DNA of 37,343 nt from a virus (lineage: Duplodnaviria > Caudoviricetes), in IMG/VR virus record IMGVR_UViG_3300009506_000104, positions 1 through 37,343 of that record. One strand, written 5' to 3'. The translations under genes were made by a program, and so were the position numbers. Within the stretch, counting starts at the first letter, position 1. Every line of letters starts with the position of its first letter. Shown in pieces: positions 7,767-17,385 of this stretch. Below the pieces are notes generated by a model. It had not been told where the DNA came from. It searched no databases and was given only the letters and a program-made list of their open reading frames with translations.

Positions 7767-10337
7767 ATGAGATATCAAACAAGAAAACCAATGCCAGTAA
7801 GAAGTAAGGTATGTATCCTTACAGGAGGGGTAAAAGAGGATGTATCTCAACTAGAATTGAAACCGGGTGAACTATTAGACTGTGTAAACTACGAAGAGAT
7901 AGAGGGAGCTTATCATGGTTATAGATCCATTGGTGGGTATGAGAGATTTGATGGTCAAGGGTTAGCTTCTGAGGTAGAGTTAGTTGGGCTTAATGACCAT
8001 GGTAATGATGAGTCTACTGTACTACTTTTAGAATCAAACAAACCTGCAACTATAGAAGACTTAAGTTCTTCTGCTCACACTATAACTAATACCTTAGTTA
8101 CAGAAGACACTTTAAAATATAAGTTCCCTAACTCTTCTTTTTACTTTAATGGTACTTCTAATTTAGCAGTAACACCTGTAGATACTTCTCTAGATTTAGT
8201 AGATAATGATTTTACTATAGACTTACTAATAACACCTTATGACGTAACTTCTGATCATATCCTGCTACAGAAGGGGATGTCATATAAACTTAGTATTGAA
8301 AGTGGAAAGGTAGTGTTTAGATATTCTACAGATGGTGTAGGATGGTCAACTACTGTACTTACTTCTGCTACAACAGTAGTAGTTAATGAAACTCTCCACT
8401 TCTCAATAATAAGGAAAGATACTGATCTATACATGTCCTTTGATGGAACTAAAGATACTAACTCAGCAAGTATAAGTACAGATATTATTTATACTGTTGT
8501 AGATGATTTAGTTATAGGTTCTGATTTCTTAGGAAGAATGGATGAGATAAGGGTTAGTTCTGTTTATAGGTGGATATTTGATTACACTATTCCAGATTTA
8601 CCTTACTCTGATGCTAACTATATATTCTTTCAATATGATGATGAAGCAAGAGAAGCTCAAAGGGAATTAATACAGCCTCTACCGGGAACTGGACCAGTAA
8701 GGTTAGTTGCCCATAACCAAGGAGAGATAGGAGCTGTAAGAGATTATGATGCTAATATAGCATACATTTATAGGGCTGATCCTACAGGATGGTCCTCTCC
8801 TATGCCGGGAGCATTTGTATTAGAATTTAATACAGGTAAAGATACTACTTCCCCTTATGACGGATTTCAAGTAGGAGAGACAATCACAGGAACTCCCTCT
8901 GGAGCTACTGCTGAAATTGCTGATATAGAAGTATATTCAGGAGATTGGCAGGTAGGTGTTGGAGGAGATGCAACAGGAAGGATAGCACTTAAAAATGTAA
9001 GTGGTGGGCCATTCGTTAATGGAGATGTCCTAGACAATGGAGCAACTGCTACAGCTAATTTAACTGCTGATACGTATGGAGAGTATGCTCTAACAGCTGG
9101 CGGTGATTATAAATTTGTCAATGGTCAATTCAGTTATTTAGTTGACCTGCAAAGGGTTTCCACCCCCTTCTTAGTTAATGGTGTAAACCCTCCAGTATAC
9201 TATGATGGAACTCAAATTATACCAATACTAGACACTTTACTTCCTGATCATATGGGTGTATATGCTACTAGTGTAGCAGTATTTAAAGAGAGGTTATGGT
9301 TAGCATACCCAGATGGTCAACTATGGTTTTCTGCTGTAGGAGACCCACTTGATTGGGATATAGAGAATAGTGGAGCAGGTTTTATTTATATGGAAGATGA
9401 AATTACAGATCTAGTGGTTGCCCCCGGTGACTCATTAGTTATATTTTGTAAGAACTCTATTCAAATAATTAAATCTGTAACTGACATACAAAGTTCTAGT
9501 ACAGGTATTATAGAGGAATATAAATTTAGAAACGAGGCTTTCTCTAGAAGATCAGGTGCTAAATCTAAATCAGTTAATAGGTTACTAGGAGAAATATATT
9601 TCTTAGATGATAGAGGCTTAACCAACCTAACTGCTACGGATGCATATGGTGATTTTTCTACTGCTTCCATGTCTAAGAATATACAGAAAACTTTATTTAA
9701 TAAACTTCCCCTCTTTACTACTGCTGCTACTGACAGACAGAGTAATCAATATATTCTTTTCTTCAGTGATGCTACAGGCATTATATTTACTTTAGATGCA
9801 GAGAAGAAGATTAAAGGAGCAACTAAAATAACCTTTAATCATAACGTACTTACCTATACAGAAATGGAAGATACAGATGGTAATGTAAACGCTTTCTTTG
9901 GATCTTCTAATGGGTATGTGTACAAGGCTAATTCAGGTACTTCATTCGATGGAGCAGAGATAGAGACATCTTTAACAACCTCTTACTACTCTTATAATAG
10001 TCCAAACAATTGGAAGAGATTTCATAAAATAACACTAGAGGTACAAGGGGTTAAGGGTTTAGAGTTTGTAGGTAGACCTTATTTTAATTATAATGATCCT
10101 AACATACCTAGGAGTATAGATGAAACTTACATATCATCTGGACAAGGTGGCACATGGGGTGTCGATGCTTGGGGTTATTTTATTTATGGGGCAGGGGAGG
10201 TACAGAATCCAGCCCTTTATTTAGGTGGTTATGGAACTAATATGAGTATGAAGATTACGACAAGTGATAAATATCTATCACCACATGTACTTAACTCTTT
10301 CACTACTGAGTATACTATGAATAGTAGGAGAATGTAA
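7767..10337 (+). CDS. Tail nozzle / DNA stabilization protein with inserted LamG-like domain
   Basis: N-terminal GG...PGELLDCVNYE...GYERFDG; beta-propeller-like FKERLW..LWFSAVGDP, IYFLDDRG; C-terminal WGVDAWG; insert with FYFNG...FTID...GRMDEIRVS. Confidence 0.8.
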   Translation: MRYQTRKPMPVRSKVCILTGGVKEDVSQLELKPGELLDCVNYEEIEGAYHGYRSIGGYERFDGQGLASEVELVGLNDHGNDESTVLLLESNKPATIEDLSSSAHTITNTLVTEDTLKYKFPNSSFYFNGTSNLAVTPVDTSLDLVDNDFTIDLLITPYDVTSDHILLQKGMSYKLSIESGKVVFRYSTDGVGWSTTVLTSATTVVVNETLHFSIIRKDTDLYMSFDGTKDTNSASISTDIIYTVVDDLVIGSDFLGRMDEIRVSSVYRWIFDYTIPDLPYSDANYIFFQYDDEAREAQRELIQPLPGTGPVRLVAHNQGEIGAVRDYDANIAYIYRADPTGWSSPMPGAFVLEFNTGKDTTSPYDGFQVGETITGTPSGATAEIADIEVYSGDWQVGVGGDATGRIALKNVSGGPFVNGDVLDNGATATANLTADTYGEYALTAGGDYKFVNGQFSYLVDLQRVSTPFLVNGVNPPVYYDGTQIIPILDTLLPDHMGVYATSVAVFKERLWLAYPDGQLWFSAVGDPLDWDIENSGAGFIYMEDEITDLVVAPGDSLVIFCKNSIQIIKSVTDIQSSSTGIIEEYKFRNEAFSRRSGAKSKSVNRLLGEIYFLDDRGLTNLTATDAYGDFSTASMSKNIQKTLFNKLPLFTTAATDRQSNQYILFFSDATGIIFTLDAEKKIKGATKITFNHNVLTYTEMEDTDGNVNAFFGSSNGYVYKANSGTSFDGAEIETSLTTSYYSYNSPNNWKRFHKITLEVQGVKGLEFVGRPYFNYNDPNIPRSIDETYISSGQGGTWGVDAWGYFIYGAGEVQNPALYLGGYGTNMSMKITTSDKYLSPHVLNSFTTEYTMNSRRM

Positions 10338-11783
10338 ATGGGTAAATACTATACAGATATAGGTAAGACAGTTACTCAGGGTGAGACTGCTAATGCCTCT
10401 GATTTAAATAATGTTAACACCGCAGTGGATGCAGGATTTGATTTAGTAGAGAGTGACTTCACTACATTAGAATCTAACACAACTGATTGGTCTGCACTAG
10501 CTAGAGCATGGGCTGAGAATGCTCAAGCGTCTATGCCAGATGAAGCTAACTACCCCGGTAAATATTCTTCAAGAGCTAATGCAATAGAAGCTCAAGATTG
10601 GGCTAGTGCTAGCGATGGGGATTTTATAACTGGTGATACTATTAATCACGCAGAAGGTGGTTCCACTCTTTTTCCTTCTGCTAAGACCTCTGCTGATTAT
10701 GCTAAGTTACAGGCAGATAATGCAGCTATTTCTGCAACTAATGCTGCTACATCTGAGACGAATGCAGCTGCTTCGGAAAGTGCTGCTGAAGGGTACGCTG
10801 ATGCACTAGCTACAATCACAGAACCCACTGTACCAGTAGACAACGTATTCACTGCTACAGCAAGTCAAGTAGACTTTGATATGACTCCATATGTCACTGG
10901 TAGTCTCTATGAACCTAGTGTGATGGTGTGGATGAATGGTACTAAGTTAGTATTAGATGTAGACTATACTGTATCAGGTAATGTGATATCTCTAACTACA
11001 GGGGCTTCAGTAGGAGATCTTATAGACATTCATGCTGGTGGACTAGGGAGTGGCCCTGATCCCACAGGACTTGAGATAATAACTGAAGGTAGTAATACAG
11101 GCTGGAGACTTGTTGGTACAGACCCGACTCATTATGGTGATATAGGGAATTTTGCAGTTGATATATCTACATCCCCCAGTACTTCCTCTACAAAAGGTGC
11201 TACAGGTAATTACTCTTTCTCTACAAGTTATAACTCTACTTCTTCTGGAGGATATTCTGCTTGTGTAGGAGGCCAGAATAATACTGCATCTAACACTTAC
11301 TCTGTAGTTCTAGGAGGAGCTGCTAATACTGCTTCAGGAGACACCTCTGCTTGTTTAGGGGGTGCACTAAATGTAGCATCTTTTGATCTGACTACTTGTA
11401 TTGGTGGGCAAAATCAAATAACAGGAAGATTTGGTCAGACAGTAATGGGCCAATACAATGAAGGTAAGTCTGATACACTATTTGAAATTGGTAATGGGTA
11501 CTTCGACAGTCCTCCAGTACGCTTTAATGTCTTTGAGATATCTGATACTGGTGTCTGTGCTGCACCCTCAGCAACTGTTGCAGAGATTGATACTTATGGT
11601 GATACTTCTCTAATAACTAAAGAGTACCTTGATAATATACTAGTAAACTATGGAGAAACAGTATTACCTCCAGCAACAGCTAGCTCTACAGGTACAGCAG
11701 GGCAATTTGCATATGACTCAAGTTATTTCTATGTATGTATAGCTACAGATACTTGGGTAAGAACTCCACTTTCAACATGGTAA
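10338..11783 (+). CDS. Tail fibre protein
   Basis: N-terminal anchor followed by Ala/Ser stalk (SATNAATSETNAAASE), VWMNG..L..DYT module, YadA-head-like GG.NNTAS repeats, C-terminal PATASSTG.AGQ...YFYVC...W module. Confidence 0.85.
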   Translation: MGKYYTDIGKTVTQGETANASDLNNVNTAVDAGFDLVESDFTTLESNTTDWSALARAWAENAQASMPDEANYPGKYSSRANAIEAQDWASASDGDFITGDTINHAEGGSTLFPSAKTSADYAKLQADNAAISATNAATSETNAAASESAAEGYADALATITEPTVPVDNVFTATASQVDFDMTPYVTGSLYEPSVMVWMNGTKLVLDVDYTVSGNVISLTTGASVGDLIDIHAGGLGSGPDPTGLEIITEGSNTGWRLVGTDPTHYGDIGNFAVDISTSPSTSSTKGATGNYSFSTSYNSTSSGGYSACVGGQNNTASNTYSVVLGGAANTASGDTSACLGGALNVASFDLTTCIGGQNQITGRFGQTVMGQYNEGKSDTLFEIGNGYFDSPPVRFNVFEISDTGVCAAPSATVAEIDTYGDTSLITKEYLDNILVNYGETVLPPATASSTGTAGQFAYDSSYFYVCIATDTWVRTPLSTW

Positions 11784-11789
11784 GAAGCT

Positions 11790-12695
11790 ATGAGTATAAT
11801 TAGAGATAAAATAGAAGATGAAAGAATTCTCCCTACTATAACATCTGGGGGAACTACTGGTGAACAACTGACAAAGAACTCTGATACTGGTGGTGATATT
11901 GATTGGGGTACAGATGAATTAGGTGTTGAATCTATTACAGGAACTACTGATGAGATTGATGTGGGAGGTACAGCAGCTGCTCCAATTATTTCTATTTCGA
12001 ATAACTTCAGTAGAAACTTAACACCTCCTAGTGGTAGTGTGTTAGTAACTGGAAATTTATTAGGTTTAGATGTAGACTACAGTTCTGTAGATACAATGAG
12101 TATTTCTGAAGGAACATGTTGGGATTCTACTAATACTGTACAGCTTACCTTAGCAACTGCTGATACTGCTACTATATCTCTTCCTGTAGCTGATACAATA
12201 TATCATATGTTTCTAACAGATCTAGGAGATGTTCAATTTGATACTAACATATCTGGCAGTGGGCTGTCAGGAGTTACTTCTTTAAGATGGATAGGATTTG
12301 TGGTAACTGATGGGTCTGGAGATATCATACCTTGTAATATCATAGGTGATAAATTTGAGTTCTTAGATCCTGTATATAATGACAAATGCTTAGTATTAAC
12401 AACAGGTGGTGCTAATGTTTGGAGTCAAGCCGACATATCTTCTCTAGCTCCTATCTCTAGAGTAAATACTGCTGATATGGTTATAAGAAGTGCTTATAGT
12501 GGGCCAGTATCATTATGGTATGCTAGGGTAATCCAAGCGATTGTAGAGGATACTCAGCCACTCTCTCTATCTTATGGCAATGGTCTAGGATATAGAACTT
12601 TAATAAGTGGCATATCAGCACAACATGATATGTATTTTAAATGCCCCCAAACTTATGCACTTGTATACTTATCAGCATGTACTTTAAAGAGGTAA
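11790..12695 (+). CDS. Second tail fibre / receptor-binding protein
   Basis: GGTTGEQLTKNSD...IDW fibre linker motif, VESITG segment, beta-rich distal domain; adjacent to the first fibre. Confidence 0.65.
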   Translation: MSIIRDKIEDERILPTITSGGTTGEQLTKNSDTGGDIDWGTDELGVESITGTTDEIDVGGTAAAPIISISNNFSRNLTPPSGSVLVTGNLLGLDVDYSSVDTMSISEGTCWDSTNTVQLTLATADTATISLPVADTIYHMFLTDLGDVQFDTNISGSGLSGVTSLRWIGFVVTDGSGDIIPCNIIGDKFEFLDPVYNDKCLVLTTGGANVWSQADISSLAPISRVNTADMVIRSAYSGPVSLWYARVIQAIVEDTQPLSLSYGNGLGYRTLISGISAQHDMYFKCPQTYALVYLSACTLKR

Positions 12696-12698
12696 ACT

Positions 12699-13655
12699 AT
12701 GGCAGACACTAATACCACAACTGATACTAGTACTAACACAACTACTGAACCTCAAAACAATGAAGTAGTTCTTCCTGATCTAGGTTTATCTGAAGCACAA
12801 CAGACTGCTGCTAATACAGCAGAGCAAAATGTACAACAGATAGGTGCCTTAGAAACTACTCCTGCTCCTGCTTACCAATCACCTGATGTTACTGCCAGTG
12901 ATTATGTACAGCAAGGAAGTAAATATGTAACCCCTGAATCTACTGTTGCAGGACAGTTAGAGAAATACCTATCCTCTGATAGTGACTATATGAGGAGGGG
13001 AGAGACTCAAGCTAGAGAGAAAGCTAGTGCATTAGGATTATCTACTTCCTCTGCTGCTATTGCTGCTTCTAGAGGAGCATCGATAGATAGGGCTATGCCA
13101 TTAGCTATGAAGGATGCTGAGACATACGCTAAAGCTAACCAGTTACAACAGCAAGCAGAGAATACAGTAGGTCAGACACAATTAGAAGGAGTTGTTACAG
13201 GAGCTATTAAAGAGCAAGATGCAGCTATTGCACAGAATCAAGCTAAGTTTAATGCTCAAGTAAATGCTCTATCTAAGGGGGCAGATGCTCAAACTCAAAT
13301 GGCATTAACTGATTTCTCTAAGAAGTGGGATATGGTAATGCAAGATTCTAGTATGAGGTTAGAAGCTGCACTGAGGGAACAGCTAGCTAACAATGAAATA
13401 GATGCTCAGACAATATCTGATGTAAGGAACGAAGCTTCTCAGATGGTAGTCAATTACCAAATAAGTGCAGAGGAATTGCTAAAAGATCCTGACTTCTTAC
13501 AGTTAGGTCCAGAAGCTATCTCCTCCACAATGAACAATCTTCTTTCTACTACTACTGCAGGAATACAATTCTTAGCTGATTTTAGTGGAGTTAACCTAGA
13601 GGATTGGATGGATGATTTTATAAGTAATGCTACATTCACTGCTGAAGTTGGCTAA
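12699..13655 (+). CDS. Internal virion / ejection protein
   Basis: TVAGQL...S.YM...A..LGLSTSS pattern; Ala/Gln-rich helical composition; position after fibres. Confidence 0.6.
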   Translation: MADTNTTTDTSTNTTTEPQNNEVVLPDLGLSEAQQTAANTAEQNVQQIGALETTPAPAYQSPDVTASDYVQQGSKYVTPESTVAGQLEKYLSSDSDYMRRGETQAREKASALGLSTSSAAIAASRGASIDRAMPLAMKDAETYAKANQLQQQAENTVGQTQLEGVVTGAIKEQDAAIAQNQAKFNAQVNALSKGADAQTQMALTDFSKKWDMVMQDSSMRLEAALREQLANNEIDAQTISDVRNEASQMVVNYQISAEELLKDPDFLQLGPEAISSTMNNLLSTTTAGIQFLADFSGVNLEDWMDDFISNATFTAEVG

Positions 13656-13657
13656 TT

Positions 13658-14053
13658 ATGAGAAGAGCAACTATAGTAGATGTACCAGATCTTAACAAAA
13701 TAGATAAGAGTGATTCAACTGTCACCTTTATTAATTATATTAGATCACCTTATAAATTGATTTATATATCAAGGGATAGAAGAGCTTATGTGTTATATGA
13801 GTTTATCCATCCCTTTGATAAAGTCATAGTACATTATAATGGGAATTTAAAAGGTAAGAAAGCGAAAGAATTTATGCAGAAAACAGTGAGAGCTTTATTC
13901 ATGGAATGTAAACATGTAAGAGCTATTATAGGTATTTTTCCTTCTGCTAATAAAAAATTAAGATTCCTTATTTCAAAGATTGAAGGAGTTAAGTATATGG
14001 GAAATATAGATAGTACACAAGAAAGTATATACACTTTAGAAAAGGGGGTTTAG
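13658..14053 (+). CDS. GNAT-like (acetyltransferase fold) virion assembly protein
   Basis: MRRATIVD start typical of GNAT folds; 131 aa; same position as P22 gp14 / T7 gp13 before the ejection genes. Confidence 0.55.
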   Translation: MRRATIVDVPDLNKIDKSDSTVTFINYIRSPYKLIYISRDRRAYVLYEFIHPFDKVIVHYNGNLKGKKAKEFMQKTVRALFMECKHVRAIIGIFPSANKKLRFLISKIEGVKYMGNIDSTQESIYTLEKGV

Positions 14054-14057
14054 AAAG

Positions 14058-14951
14058 ATGCCACCAGTAGCAGGAGCAGTATTCGCAGGGTTAGGGGCTA
14101 TAGGTTCTTTCGTTACATTTGATCTGGCAGCAGGAGCCGTGGCTAGTTTAGTAGGAGGAATAGTAGCTGGTGCAGCAGTAGGTGGTATTACTGCAGCAGT
14201 GACAGGAGGGGATATTGGTAAAGGACTTTTATACGGAGCTGTAGGAGGTTTAGCTGTAGCTGGAGGGGCTGGTATTATAAGTGGTGAGCTTACTATGACT
14301 AGTCTTATGACATCATTTGCAGATACATTTAATCCAGCAGAAATACCTACTGGAGTATCAGCACCCGGTGGTACCTCAGCTTACTATGGTCCGGGTGGAG
14401 CACCTACCACCACTAGTTTTGCAGAGAAGTTTTTAGGTAGTAAAGCTTTTGAGGGGGTAGGAACTGCACTTGTAAGTGGATTAGGTAGTGCAGCTAGTGC
14501 TTTGATGGGAGACACTCCACAAGATTACACTTTAGAAAAGATAAAGTCTCAGGAGAAAATGGCAGCTGAGTCTAATAAAGCAGCACTTGAACAAGCAGGG
14601 ATGCAGATGGAAGCTTCTATGGCATCTACAGAAGCAAGTAGAATGTCTAATAAAGAAGCTACTGAATCTAGGGAAAGGATAGCAACAGGTGATAGAGAGG
14701 CATTAATTAAGAAAGCTCAAATGGAGATAGATGCAGCTAGGAACTTAAGACAGATGGATATTGATGAAGTAACTGCTGCTAGGAAGAGAGCTATTGCTGG
14801 TGCTATAGGAGTTAAAGCTCCCACTAGAAAAGGATTCCAATCCACACAAACCCTCTCTGATATCAGGAATAACATAGTTAATGCTACACCTGAACAACCT
14901 AATGCTGCTACTATAGTACCTGTAACATATACACAGGAGCAACCAGCATGA
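14058..14951 (+). CDS. DNA ejection (pilot) protein with Gly/Ala-rich hydrophobic N-terminus
   Basis: Glycine-zipper-like N-terminal 75 aa, then coiled coil; follows the GNAT-like gene as P22 gp7 does. Confidence 0.7.
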   Translation: MPPVAGAVFAGLGAIGSFVTFDLAAGAVASLVGGIVAGAAVGGITAAVTGGDIGKGLLYGAVGGLAVAGGAGIISGELTMTSLMTSFADTFNPAEIPTGVSAPGGTSAYYGPGGAPTTTSFAEKFLGSKAFEGVGTALVSGLGSAASALMGDTPQDYTLEKIKSQEKMAAESNKAALEQAGMQMEASMASTEASRMSNKEATESRERIATGDREALIKKAQMEIDAARNLRQMDIDEVTAARKRAIAGAIGVKAPTRKGFQSTQTLSDIRNNIVNATPEQPNAATIVPVTYTQEQPA

Positions 14952-15766
14952 TACTATCTTTAACGGAGCAAAGAGGTAATGCACAGAGGAGAGACTTAGA
15001 AGCTAATAGAGAAATGAGAGGTGGTGGTTATAGAGAGAATGTCCATTATTATGGAGATTATGGTACCACTATGACTGAGGATGCATTCAAAGCTGCTGAG
15101 AATCAGAGAGCACAATTTAATAAAGAGGTAGCAGCAAAGAATAAAGCTATTGCTAAAGCTAATAGTTTAGTTCAACAGCAAGAAGCAGCTGCTATGAAGG
15201 GTGCTACTGAGGCTTATGGGGAAGGGATGAAGAGTATTACTGAATCTAAGCCTAAATCCTTTTCCGAGTATGTAAGTGATCCTGCTAATACAGTAGGTAT
15301 TAATGTGGGAGATGAGCATACATACAGACTTCCTCCTGAAGCTGCTCATGAACTAGCAGTTAAAGTAGCTGATTATAATAAGAATAATCCTAACGATATA
15401 GGGTTATGGGAGAGAGATGGTGGATATTACCTAGACACTAAAGGGTACGGTAAGGAGTGGCATGAACAACTTATGAGTATGGAGAATCAATTTAGAGATT
15501 CTTATAACACTCAAGTTAAGATAGCTAACATGAAGAGAGAGGCTGCACAAGGAGAATTATCAGGGCAATATGAATCTGCATTGAGTAACATAACCTCTCA
15601 GGCTGGTTCTGCTCAATCAACCCTCTCTGCTAATAAGCAAACTCTTGATATGCTAGTTGCTGAGAGAAGAAAGAATTTACAGAAGTTAAAGGACAGATAT
15701 AAACAAAAAGTAGCAGCTGGAAGATCCACCATATCAGCTCTTACAGTTGGGGGTAATAATGAGTAA
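14948..15766 (+). CDS. Hypothetical, probable internal virion protein
   Basis: ATGA-coupled; coiled-coil rich; within ejection gene block. Confidence 0.6.
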   Translation: MILSLTEQRGNAQRRDLEANREMRGGGYRENVHYYGDYGTTMTEDAFKAAENQRAQFNKEVAAKNKAIAKANSLVQQQEAAAMKGATEAYGEGMKSITESKPKSFSEYVSDPANTVGINVGDEHTYRLPPEAAHELAVKVADYNKNNPNDIGLWERDGGYYLDTKGYGKEWHEQLMSMENQFRDSYNTQVKIANMKREAAQGELSGQYESALSNITSQAGSAQSTLSANKQTLDMLVAERRKNLQKLKDRYKQKVAAGRSTISALTVGGNNE

Positions 15767-16421
15767 CGGTAAAAGACTTCAGAAGAATCTTAAAGAGTAC
15801 CAAGTACAGAAAGCTTATAAAGAAGATAATAAACAAATAACAGGTATGATGAATCAGGATGAGACTAAGATTCCTGAGAAGAAGAAGAAAGAATACGCTT
15901 CTTATATTGACATGCTTATGTATACTATCCATGGTGAAAAGACTAGGGATGGTATTATAGAGATGCTTTCTTCTGATGCTCCTGAAAGGAGTGTACCTGC
16001 TACTGCCCTCAGAGTTAATAAGTCTGTAGAAGATGGTATTAAGAAGAAAGGACAGAAGGTAGCTAATGATACTAAAGCTGCTGGTGCTTCTTATCTCGTA
16101 GGTGATCTAGTGGAATTAGGTAATACTGCTAACCTCTGGGATAAACAAGTTAATGCAGATGAGATGAAAGGATACCTTCAAGAAACAATGTCTAAGTATA
16201 TACATACTGGCATTAAAGAGGGAACTATTGATCCTGTTGAGCTACAGAAAGAAGTAGAACCTCTCCTCACAGATGAACAGAGAGCAGTTGGAGATCAGTT
16301 ATCTCAACGAGCTAATCTACCCGGGCAAGCTACTAGTAACATGGCAGTAGATAAAATGATTAAAGATAAGCTGACTAGAGAAAGGGCTAAAACACAACAG
16401 GGGGGTGGTCAAGGTGTCTGA
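15759..16421 (+). CDS. Hypothetical, probable internal virion protein
   Basis: ATG at 15759 preceded by GGGGGT preferred over the TTG at 15747; helical charged protein. Confidence 0.6.
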   Translation: MSNGKRLQKNLKEYQVQKAYKEDNKQITGMMNQDETKIPEKKKKEYASYIDMLMYTIHGEKTRDGIIEMLSSDAPERSVPATALRVNKSVEDGIKKKGQKVANDTKAAGASYLVGDLVELGNTANLWDKQVNADEMKGYLQETMSKYIHTGIKEGTIDPVELQKEVEPLLTDEQRAVGDQLSQRANLPGQATSNMAVDKMIKDKLTRERAKTQQGGGQGV

Positions 16422-17367
16422 TTTACAAAGAGCTTTACTAGGATTTGTTAAGGGGTCTAGTGAATCTTATGCTAACACTTTAAGAGAACAGTCTAAGTTC
16501 GAATCAGAGCAGAGATCAGCTGATGCTCAATTAGCTAGACAGAAGAACTTAGCTAGGCACAGTCAACAGTTAACTCAAGAGACCGCTAAGTATCAGCAAG
16601 GTCTAACTCAAGAGAATGCTAAGTATCAGCAGGGTCTAACCCAAGAGAATGCTAGGTATCAGCAGACTCTAGAGCAAGAGAATGCAGCTTATAAAAGCCA
16701 ATTAAAAGAAGGTACAGATATTGCTGCTGAGAAAAGAGCTGAGGAAAGAACTAAAAGGGCAGAGGGAAGAAGGTTAACTCAATTAGGTGTCGAGTTAGCT
16801 ATGAAATCCCAAGCTGAAATTGATACCATGAAGAAAAAACAAGAGCTTACTAAGGAGTGGAAGAACGATAATAGGGAGGAAGTAATCCAAAACCTTAAAG
16901 ACCAAGGATTCAATGAGAAAGCTATAGCAGCCGCTACTCTACAGATGGATGGAGTAGATCTAGTAGCTATGTCTAAGTTCGCTTCAGGAGGTGGTAAAGG
17001 TGCTTCTGCTTCTATTAAGTTAGACATAGAAAAATTAGCAAGGAGTAGTGCAGAGAAAGAAGCTGAAACCCTTGGACTTGAAGGGGAGAAGTACTCCACA
17101 TACGTATCTGAACATACTAGAATTGATGCACAGGATATGCTGAGTAGAATACAAACAGCTAATCCTTCTTTATATGATGTGTTAACCGCTGAACCTAAGA
17201 AGACTGCTGGTGATATGCAGGATGAGTATCTAGCTAAGTATAAGGCTGCAAGTCCTGAAGATCAGAAGATAATGGAGAGTGCCCTCAGTGCAGATCAGAA
17301 AATGAGTCTTTATAAAATGCTAGGTAAGAAAGTGTCCTATGGTCAGGAGGTAGCTCTATACCATTAA
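16414..17367 (+). CDS. Probable internal virion / ejection protein with 11-aa repeats
   Basis: GTG at 16414 (or 16405); ALLGFVKG amphipathic N-terminus then long coiled coil. Confidence 0.65.
   Translation: MSDLQRALLGFVKGSSESYANTLREQSKFESEQRSADAQLARQKNLARHSQQLTQETAKYQQGLTQENAKYQQGLTQENARYQQTLEQENAAYKSQLKEGTDIAAEKRAEERTKRAEGRRLTQLGVELAMKSQAEIDTMKKKQELTKEWKNDNREEVIQNLKDQGFNEKAIAAATLQMDGVDLVAMSKFASGGGKGASASIKLDIEKLARSSAEKEAETLGLEGEKYSTYVSEHTRIDAQDMLSRIQTANPSLYDVLTAEPKKTAGDMQDEYLAKYKAASPEDQKIMESALSADQKMSLYKMLGKKVSYGQEVALYH
16571..16695 (+). repeat. 33-bp coding tandem repeat, about 3.8 copies (LTQENAKYQQG)
   Basis: Units start at 16571, 16604, 16637, 16670: taactcaagagaccgctaagtatcagcaaggtc / taactcaagagaatgctaagtatcagcagggtc / taacccaagagaatgctaggtatcagcagactc / tagagcaagagaatgcagcttataaa. 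Confidence 0.9.
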
Positions 17368-17385
17368 TTATTTAGGAGTATTCAC

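Noticed and set aside
16571-16695. Possible CRISPR-like array
   Set aside because: Units abut with no spacers and encode an in-frame 11-aa repeat
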